Assembly: GCA_036558765.1 (NCBI GenBank)
Contig: DATBEY010000363.1
Span: 1-42,801 of the forward strand
Source of the DNA: Candidatus Binatia bacterium
GTDB lineage: Bacteria > Desulfobacterota > Binatia > UBA9968
Reading direction: 5' to 3'
Length of the DNA: 42,801 nt
The stretch's first letter is position 1, and the number at the start of each line of letters is the position of its first letter. A model generated the notes under the pieces. The model ran no database searches, was not told the origin of the DNA, and saw only the letters and a program-made list of their open reading frames with translations. Of this stretch, positions 34,908-41,799 are shown piece by piece. The translations under genes were made by a program, and so were the position numbers.

Positions 34908-36011
34908 ATGAATCAGCCAGTTCAAATCATTGATGGAGATGGGCATATCTTCGAAGATGGCGATGGTATCGCTCGTCATTTTCCGTTTAGTGCTGCCGGA
35001 GCGCGTTTACGGAGCGGCGTATTTCCATTGAATAGCCATATCCAGTATTCGCTGACGCGCACGCCGCCCGGTGCTTTCGCTACTACACCCGACGGGCGGT
35101 TCAAAAATCCCGGCCGCGAGGGATGGATCGAGTTCATGGACCAAATCGGAATCGGTCATGCGGTCCTTTTTCCCACCGCCGGGCAACGGATCGGACGAAT
35201 TGTCGATCGCGACTACGCCGTTGGCGCGGCGCGCGCATACAACGATTGGTTGGCCGAAACCTATCTGCGGCGGGACTCACGCTTCAAAGGCATCGCCATC
35301 GTGCCGATGCACGATGCGGAAGCGGCACTGGCGGAATTGCACCATGCTTACAGCGAATTGGGTATGTGCGGCGTCCTATTTCCCGCAACGGGAGTACACT
35401 TAAATCTGGGCGCAAAGCCTTACTGGCCGGTTTACGCCGAGGCGGCTCGGTTGGGTTGTCCAATTGTCGTTCACGGCGGCGGACACTGGGACCTCGGCAT
35501 GGAAACGATGAACGTCTCCACCGGCGCCAACGCCATCGGCCACCCGATGTCTTTGGCCATCGCCTTGGCGGAAATGGTGCTCAACAATCTGTTCGATCGT
35601 TATGCCGGCTTGCGAGTTGCTTATCTCGAAGGCGGGCCGCTCTGGTTTTTGATGACGCTCGAGCGTCTTTCGCGCTCGTTCGAAGCAGGAACGCCGATCA
35701 ATCCACGCGGTGAACTGCTCAACTTGCCGGAGGGAAAAACCGTTGCCGATTACATTCGCGCGCTAGTGCAAGCGGGCCGGCTGGTGGTGGGAATCGAGGG
35801 GGGCGAAAGCGATCTCGCCTACGCGATTCAAGTCGCAGGCGAGCAAGCGTTCATGTTTTCCTCGGACTTTCCGCACGAGGTCAATGTCCAGACGGTTAAA
35901 AAGGAAATTCACGAATTGTGCGAGCGAAATGAAATCAGCGACAGCGCCAAACGAGCAATTCTCCGCGATAATGCCGAGCGCTTTTATCGGCTGAGCGAGA
36001 TCTCGAACTAA
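34908..36011 (+). CDS. Amidohydrolase-2 family metal-dependent hydrolase/decarboxylase (ACMSD/LigW-like)
   Basis: N-terminal IIDGDGHIFE (DxH metal motif), internal HGG, and C-terminal FSSDFPHE. I chose the ATG at 34908 (SD GGAGGAG upstream) rather than the ORF-track start 34797. Confidence 0.8.
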   Translation: MNQPVQIIDGDGHIFEDGDGIARHFPFSAAGARLRSGVFPLNSHIQYSLTRTPPGAFATTPDGRFKNPGREGWIEFMDQIGIGHAVLFPTAGQRIGRIVDRDYAVGAARAYNDWLAETYLRRDSRFKGIAIVPMHDAEAALAELHHAYSELGMCGVLFPATGVHLNLGAKPYWPVYAEAARLGCPIVVHGGGHWDLGMETMNVSTGANAIGHPMSLAIALAEMVLNNLFDRYAGLRVAYLEGGPLWFLMTLERLSRSFEAGTPINPRGELLNLPEGKTVADYIRALVQAGRLVVGIEGGESDLAYAIQVAGEQAFMFSSDFPHEVNVQTVKKEIHELCERNEISDSAKRAILRDNAERFYRLSEISN

Positions 36012-36021
36012 CAGCGAAAAT

Positions 36022-36481
36022 CTACATTTTGAAGCCGTGCAGCCTCGCCGGGTTATCGACGATAATTTTGCATAGCAGCTCCGTATCGCCATCGACATAA
36101 CGATACAGCAGTTCAACCTCCTCAGCGTCATTCATCATGCGCTTTGTCCATTGCGGGTGCGGCCAATGCCAATGCCGCGGTAGCGATCCCGGTCGTCCAG
36201 ACTTTGAAGCGCGTCCAGAAGGAGCCGATGATCGCTGCGGTAAATTGCGCTGTGGACTATCACGCCGCGATCGAAACCGATCGCTCGGTGCGTTCGTTGG
36301 GCCTCGGTAAGTGTGGCGCTCTCGATGGGTGGATATGGCGGATTTGGCCTCGGGGGAAATTTTTCGAGACCCTCATAGATGCGAAATTGACAGTCACAGC
36401 TCTTGCGCGGCGCGCTGGCAGGGGCATGCGCGGCTGCTTGTCCCACTCGTAAATTTGCTCTCCGGCTCGCGCCATTGTCAT
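36022..36481 (-). pseudogene. Decayed amidohydrolase-2 (LigI-like lactonase family) remnant: internal deletion plus frameshifts
   Basis: One frame gives SCDCQFRIYEGLEKFPP...RGVIVHSAIYRSDHRLLLDALQSL..RYRGIGI, an N-terminal third with the usual His residues replaced. A different frame gives HWPHPQW...ELLCKIIVDNPARLHGFKM-stop, the canonical extreme C-terminus. The roughly 150 central residues are missing. Confidence 0.6.
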
Positions 36482-36556
36482 GTTCCTTTACGGCTTAAAC
36501 GGTGGATGTGCGGGGGTCGCTAGCGGCGCTTCCGCTTAAGCATGGCATCGGCCTTT

Positions 36557-36595
36557 GTCAAGCCGCTTGACGGTTCGCGGCAACGTACTTAACTT
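36557..36595 (+). promoter_or_regulatory. Promoter-like element with overlapping palindrome upstream of hsp20
   Basis: TTGACG (36567-36572), a 17-nt spacer, then TAACTT (36590-36595). The perfect inverted repeat GTCAAGC-C-GCTTGAC (36557-36571) overlaps the -35. SD AAGGAGG at 36604-36610. Confidence 0.4.
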
Positions 36596-36620
36596 CCAGT
36601 CATAAGGAGGACGTAAGAAT

Positions 36621-37061
36621 ATGGAACTGGTTAGATGGGAACCCTTTATGAATTTTGGCAATTTACACTCTATGTTGAACGATTGGTTGGATGGTGACAG
36701 CGATCGATCGCCGGCGCAGCCGAGCAAGTCGACGTGGTATCCTGCGGTGGACGTTCTTGAAGGAAAAGACGCTTACCTGATTCATGCTGAGCTGCCAGGC
36801 ATGAAGAAAGAAGATATCCACGTCGAAGTCAAGGAAGGAAACTTATTGCTCAGCGGCGAACGCAAAGCCGATGCGCTTGCCGAAGGCGTCAAATACCGCC
36901 ATGTCGAGCGGGTAGCCGCTAAATTCTGGCGGTCTTTTAGCCTGCCTGAGACCATCAAACAGGACAGCATCGAAGCGGCCTACAAGGACGGCGTTCTGGA
37001 AGTAAGAATCCCGAAGGCTGAGGAAGCGAAGCCGCGGCAGATCGAGATCAACGTTCATTAA
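36621..37061 (+). CDS. Small heat-shock protein (Hsp20/alpha-crystallin family)
   Basis: 146 aa. AELPGMKKEDIHVEV and YKDGVLEVRIPK alpha-crystallin-domain motifs. Confidence 0.93.
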   Translation: MELVRWEPFMNFGNLHSMLNDWLDGDSDRSPAQPSKSTWYPAVDVLEGKDAYLIHAELPGMKKEDIHVEVKEGNLLLSGERKADALAEGVKYRHVERVAAKFWRSFSLPETIKQDSIEAAYKDGVLEVRIPKAEEAKPRQIEINVH

Positions 37062-37088
37062 CTGAGCGGTTGTAGTCGAAGCAGAAAA

Positions 37089-37115
37089 GGGAGGCGAAAT
37101 CGCCTCCCTTTTTTT
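37089..37115 (+). terminator. Rho-independent terminator after hsp20 (potentially bidirectional)
   Basis: GGGAGGCG-AAAT-CGCCTCCC followed by seven T. It is preceded by AAAA, so it could also terminate the convergent minus-strand gene. Confidence 0.85.
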
Positions 37116-37122
37116 ACCCAGG

Positions 37123-37551
37123 TTATTTTCTTGTCGAACGTTGCCAGCAGCGGCGACATTGTCGGGAGCCGAAGGTTTTGTTTCCGCCGCACGCCGGACA
37201 GTGATATGCCCGGGGATTTTTGCGGGTTTTCTCGATCAGCTTGAGGGGCGTTAGCTCCAATCGTAATGCACGCACCTGTTGATCGTTGGCTCGTTCGGGG
37301 CACTCGCGCCGTCCCCGGAGCCAAGGCCAGAAAAACGGCACGTTATCCGGTTTGGTCAACGATGTGATCTTCAGCTGCCGGATCGTTCCGCAGCCGAACT
37401 GTTTTTGTAGCTCCGCGCATTTCATGAGCGCCATTCCGCTCATCTTCATCGGACACCACACCATCCCACTGGGATAACCCCAATCGTCCAGCGCTATTCG
37501 ACTATCGTTCGGGCGGTTGTTGAATCCGGCGCTTCGGATCATGGTCGACAT
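37123..37551 (-). CDS. Hypothetical protein with C-terminal zinc-ribbon (CPAC...CRRC)
   Basis: 142 aa with no family recognised. Trp/Cys-rich, C-terminal CPACGGNKTFGSRQCRRC, basic tail. Confidence 0.4.
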   Translation of the reverse strand: MSTMIRSAGFNNRPNDSRIALDDWGYPSGMVWCPMKMSGMALMKCAELQKQFGCGTIRQLKITSLTKPDNVPFFWPWLRGRRECPERANDQQVRALRLELTPLKLIEKTRKNPRAYHCPACGGNKTFGSRQCRRCWQRSTRK

Positions 37552-37648
37552 TGTATGTCAGTATGCGCAAAATCTTTGCGATGACAAGACAAAAATAAAA
37601 AAATCGGTGAATTTATACGAGGTCCGACACCGTCCAAAAGTTTGCAAA

Positions 37649-38338
37649 TCAGGCGATCCCGGTGTCGTCGAACACGGAGCCCTCTCGAACGCGCAGCACT
37701 CGAGATGCGCAGTCTCGTGCGAACTCTTCGTCATGGGTGGCCACTACCAGCGTACGACCATTGCTCGTCAAACCGCAAAGAAGATCGCGAAGCTCCGCAC
37801 GGCGATTCGCATCGAGGGACGCCGTCGGCTCGTCCAATAACAAAACGGGCGGATCCACCGCTAGGGCACGGGCGATCGCAACGCGCTGTGCTTCGCCGCC
37901 CGAGAGCTCGCGCGGGAACGCATGCGCCCGATGTTCAACGCCGAGTGCCGCAAGCAATGCGCGAGCGCGGTTTTCCGCTTCTCGTTGGGGCACTCCCCGC
38001 GCGTAAACCGGGGCAAGCCAGACGTTTTTGAGCACCGAAAGATGTTCGAACAGATGATGGAATTGAAAAACCATGCCGACTTTGGCGCGAAGATCGCGAA
38101 GCCGTGCGGGCGGATTTCCGTTAGCACCGTTTATCGCGATCCCTTCGACCTGCACGGTTCCTGACTGAAAGGTCTCGAGCCCGGCAATCACGCGAAGCAT
38201 AGTCGTCTTGCCGACGCCGGACGGACCCATCAGGGCAACTAACTCGCCACGGTAAACCTGGAAGGTCACCCCCGCAAGGATTTGACGGCTGCTGCGAAGC
38301 AGCGTGACTTGTTGCAAACTCAGCACGCAGTGATTCAT
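37649..38338 (-). CDS. Polar amino-acid ABC transporter ATP-binding protein
   Basis: 229 aa. Walker A GPSGVGKTT, signature LSGGEAQRVAIARAL, Walker B VLLLDEPTASLD. 4-nt overlap with the upstream permease gene. Confidence 0.9.
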   Translation of the reverse strand: MNHCVLSLQQVTLLRSSRQILAGVTFQVYRGELVALMGPSGVGKTTMLRVIAGLETFQSGTVQVEGIAINGANGNPPARLRDLRAKVGMVFQFHHLFEHLSVLKNVWLAPVYARGVPQREAENRARALLAALGVEHRAHAFPRELSGGEAQRVAIARALAVDPPVLLLDEPTASLDANRRAELRDLLCGLTSNGRTLVVATHDEEFARDCASRVLRVREGSVFDDTGIA

Positions 38339-39849
38339 GCCGTTGAAAACCTCCAGCGCTGCTCGAGCCGACGCGCCAGTGTCGCGAGCGGTAGCGACAT
38401 GGCGAGATAGAGAGCGGCGCAGAGCAACCCTGGAATGACCCAGCTACCAATATTCGTGGCAAATATTTGTGTTTGTTTTGTGAGCTCGAAAACCGTGAGC
38501 ACTGAAACCAACGAAGAGTCTTTGAGCAATGCAATGAAATCGTTGGTCATGGGCGCCAACGCGAAGCGTAGGGCCAAGGGGCCGCGCACAAGCGTCAGCA
38601 CCCGGGTCTCGCTCAAGCCCAGAATACGCGCGGCCTCCAGTTGGCCCACGGGTACGGCTTGCAAAGCACCACGGTAAATTTCGCTCTCGTACGCGGCATA
38701 GTTCAGTCCAAGGCCTAGAAGCGCCGCGCCAAATGCCGGCAGACGGATCAGATCAGCGATGCCGTAATAGAGGACGAATAACTGCAGCAGGATCGGCGTA
38801 CCGCGCATGAGCTCGACATAGCCTGTTAAAAGAGAGCGCATGAGGCGACTACCGTAGACGCGGCCGGTGGCGATTGAAACCCCAAGGACGATTGCCAAAA
38901 ACATCGCTAAGCAGGAAAGCACAATCGTCACTAGTGAGGCCCGCAGAAGCGATGGTAAATAACCGAGCAGCGCTTGCCATGCCGTGAGCGCCATCGGCGA
39001 CGCTTGAAAGCCGGTAACGGCCGCCACCGGTTGCGCCGCGAGCAGTCGGGCGTAAAGCCGCGGCTGGTCATCGTTCCAAACACGCCATTTGCGGAAAATA
39101 CTCTCCAAGCTGCCGTCACGCATGGCGGTGCGCAGAATGTCATTGATCTGGTCGCGGAGCGCGCTGTTGCGTACCGCCAGAATGCCGACGTAATGACCAA
39201 TGGCGACGCTCTGTGGTTGAATTGCGAAACCGGACAAATTACGGGCGCGCCGTTCCGCTAGAACATTGTCCAAAAGCACGGCATCGATGCGGCCGATCAC
39301 GAGATCACTGTAGGGGTGAACGTCGTCGTCGTAAGAAACCGGTTGTACGCCAAAGTCACGCTCGGCGTTCAGTAAGATCTCATACGCGATCGTACCGCCG
39401 AGGGTGCCGACGCGCCGGCCTTTGAGATCGGCGAGGGTGCGAAACCGGGCTCGGTCGGCCTTGCGGACGCTCAAGACTTCGCGAAACTCATAGTAGGGAA
39501 TTGTTGGCGCCATTGTGGCGCGGCGCGCGGGCGTATCTTCGATGCCGCTGAGACCCATCTCGGCATCGCCGCGCTCGACCGATTGATCGATCGAGGTGAA
39601 GGTGATGTTGACGAACCGGGGTACGCGATTAATCTTGCGCGCAATGAGCTCGGCGATTTCGACATCGAAACCGACGAGTTGATCCGGCTGGCGGGGATCA
39701 GCTTCGACAAAAGGCGCTCCGCCTTCCGGATCGCCCGCCCAACGAAAGTCGCCTGCTGACGCGGCCGCGCCCACGTCAGCCGTCCGCAAAAAAGCCGCGG
39801 CAACTAGGCCCACGGCCAAATGACGCAGGCTGCTGCGCAGGAACTTCAT
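38335..39849 (-). CDS. Fused periplasmic substrate-binding domain (SBP family 3) + HisM/GlnP-type permease
   Basis: Signal peptide MKFLRSSLRHLAVGLVAAAF (ATG at 39849; ORF-track start is 39906). An SBP_bac_3-like N-terminal half (FDVEIAELIARKI...). The C-terminal permease carries the EAA-like loop AARILGLSETRVLTLVRGPLA. Confidence 0.8.
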   Translation of the reverse strand: MKFLRSSLRHLAVGLVAAAFLRTADVGAAASAGDFRWAGDPEGGAPFVEADPRQPDQLVGFDVEIAELIARKINRVPRFVNITFTSIDQSVERGDAEMGLSGIEDTPARRATMAPTIPYYEFREVLSVRKADRARFRTLADLKGRRVGTLGGTIAYEILLNAERDFGVQPVSYDDDVHPYSDLVIGRIDAVLLDNVLAERRARNLSGFAIQPQSVAIGHYVGILAVRNSALRDQINDILRTAMRDGSLESIFRKWRVWNDDQPRLYARLLAAQPVAAVTGFQASPMALTAWQALLGYLPSLLRASLVTIVLSCLAMFLAIVLGVSIATGRVYGSRLMRSLLTGYVELMRGTPILLQLFVLYYGIADLIRLPAFGAALLGLGLNYAAYESEIYRGALQAVPVGQLEAARILGLSETRVLTLVRGPLALRFALAPMTNDFIALLKDSSLVSVLTVFELTKQTQIFATNIGSWVIPGLLCAALYLAMSLPLATLARRLEQRWRFSTA

Positions 39850-40135
39850 TGGGAGATGAATGGTGGAACGATTCAGCTGCGGCGCCCCGATTATCCAGCA
39901 AAACAACGAAATGCCAGCGCAATCTAGCTATGACCGATTCCGATGTCAATCGGCATGCGTCGCGCCGGTCCACAGGCAAAGCGTGAGCGAATTGTCGCCT
40001 CGTTCCGAGCTAGCCTACAGCGACGCAAATGGTCGAACGGAGTACCGAGCGTCCCTCACCAACGGTTCACATGAGATCGTTTGCACAAGGCTCGCGAAAC
40101 CGGTATGCAACGCCGTTGCCGGCCGCAATAGACGG

Positions 40136-41035
40136 ATGAAAATTTTGTCGCAAGGAGGGTGCTCCAAAGCAATGATCGACCAATTGGTAGCTCGTTTGGA
40201 CCGCGCCCCGAAGGGACTGCTTACGTTGGCGGCTCTCGCACTGGTTTTTCTGATTGGCATCGTCGATTTTTTGACTGGCCTCGAACTTCATTTGGTATTT
40301 TTCTACATATTTCCGATCGCGTTGACGAGTTGGTTTACTGAGCGGAGAAGCGCGATCTTAATCGCTCTGCTCTGCAGCCTTATGGATTTTTATGTGAATT
40401 GTCTGGCCGGCATGCGGCAATCATCGATATTCGTGACCGCATGGAACTTGGCCATGCGGATAGGGCTCTCAAGCTCGATTGCGTGGAGCTTAGCTGAGCT
40501 CAGGTCCAAGCTGGACCAGATTTCAGAGGTGGCAAATCGTGATTTTCTTACGGGCCTGCCCAACGGGCGCGCCTTTTATGAACTGGCCGGAGGCGTAATG
40601 ACGCGAGCTTTCGGGCTCGAACCTTTGACTCTCGCTTGCATCGATATCGAAGGGTTTAAATGGGTCAATCACCGCTTCGGCTATTCCTTTGGGGATCAGA
40701 TATTGTGCACCATCGCGCATTCCATACGGGAGAGTGTGCCGCAACCGGAGCTGGTCGGTAGAATCGGCGGGACCTCCTTTGCCGTGCTGTTGCCGAACGC
40801 AGCGCCAGATGGAGCGCGCTTCATCTTGGAAAAAATGCACGGCAGGCTTCGAACCGATCGCAAAAAATATGGTCAACCCGTGAAGTTTTTCATCAGCGCG
40901 ATTGCCTGCAGCAAAGCGCCGCGAACGATTGCCGAACTTTTGTATCAGGCTGAAGCGCGGATGAGCCGCATGAAGCACAACCGGAGCGATGCCGTCGAGA
41001 TCGATATTATCGACGCGGCGCGCTCCCTGAACTGA
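40136..41035 (+). CDS. Membrane-anchored GGDEF-domain protein with degenerate active site (GGTSF)
   Basis: About 4 TM segments, then a GGDEF fold (RDFLTGLPNGRAF, IDIEGFKWVNHRFGYSFGDQIL, RIGGTSFAVLL). The start is uncertain: 40136 or 40172. The ORF-track start 39860 adds about 90 non-membrane residues with no support. Confidence 0.75.
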   Translation: MKILSQGGCSKAMIDQLVARLDRAPKGLLTLAALALVFLIGIVDFLTGLELHLVFFYIFPIALTSWFTERRSAILIALLCSLMDFYVNCLAGMRQSSIFVTAWNLAMRIGLSSSIAWSLAELRSKLDQISEVANRDFLTGLPNGRAFYELAGGVMTRAFGLEPLTLACIDIEGFKWVNHRFGYSFGDQILCTIAHSIRESVPQPELVGRIGGTSFAVLLPNAAPDGARFILEKMHGRLRTDRKKYGQPVKFFISAIACSKAPRTIAELLYQAEARMSRMKHNRSDAVEIDIIDAARSLN

Positions 41036-41145
41036 GCTGCCTCCACAGAATTATTCACTCCAAGCTAATCAGCAACGGATTCGAAGGGAGAAGATCGGTG
41101 CGGATGGTCAACAGCCCGCGCGAGCTGGACGTCAGAGGTGGGAAG

Positions 41146-41589
41146 TTAGGCGACTTTTAAGCGCTTGAGCACGGAGTCATTGCCGATGACATGGAATTCC
41201 ATGTAATCAATCAGACGCCGCGCAACGAAAAAATATCTTTGCAATTTTTCGGCGGAAGAATGATCAGTCGAGCCGCTCAATATGGGAGTGCTCGCGGCGG
41301 CTGCCTTTTTCGACCGATATGATTCAATTTCTTCGACCAAGCCTTGCAAAGCTGGCGGCAAGATCTCCCAAACGCCAGTGGACTGGCACATGGATACTAA
41401 ATGGCTATGATCATGCTGCCGAGGTAAGCTACCGTGGTTTTCGATAAGCGCCGCTTTGATCGCCTTCTCCACGGCGTCAGCTAATTTGTCGAAGTCACTG
41501 GCTGCGGCGTGCTGCCCGCTGATTTCCTCAGGAACCAAACGAATCTTGTCTCGTGCCTCACGCAACCACGGCTCCGCGTAAAAGCCCAT
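41146..41589 (-). CDS. HEPN-domain-like protein
   Basis: 147 aa. Helical pattern ADAVEKAIKAALIENHGSLPRQHDHSHLVSMC ... LVEEIESYR resembles HEPN (A..EKalKAll...g....tHdl..L ... y..RY). Confidence 0.45.
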   Translation of the reverse strand: MGFYAEPWLREARDKIRLVPEEISGQHAAASDFDKLADAVEKAIKAALIENHGSLPRQHDHSHLVSMCQSTGVWEILPPALQGLVEEIESYRSKKAAAASTPILSGSTDHSSAEKLQRYFFVARRLIDYMEFHVIGNDSVLKRLKVA

Positions 41590-41741
41590 CCAATCCTCCG
41601 CAGCTCACATTGATTTTACGAGATATGATAAGGGCATGGCAGGTTTTTGGCAAGCAAATGGTTTTCCGCACGGGCGAGCAACCTGGACAGAACGATCGCC
41701 GATATGTGGCAGAGCTTGACTCCGCCGGTCGATGGCCTACT

Positions 41742-41770
41742 AAACAAAAAGCCCCCGGAATCCCGAGGGC
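41742..41770 (-). terminator. Rho-independent terminator after the DapA-family gene
   Basis: On the minus strand, the GCCCTCGGGATTCCGGGGGC hairpin is followed by TTTTTGTTT. It sits 30 nt downstream of the stop at 41800. Confidence 0.6.
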
Positions 41771-41799
41771 TTTCGTTCGGAGTATGTGCGGTGTCTTGA

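Noticed and set aside
39860-40135. ORF-track 5' extension of the GGDEF gene
   Set aside because: It adds about 90 Cys/Arg-rich residues with no TM or domain logic and overlaps the divergent SBP-permease start region. The internal ATG at 40136 precedes the first TM helix.
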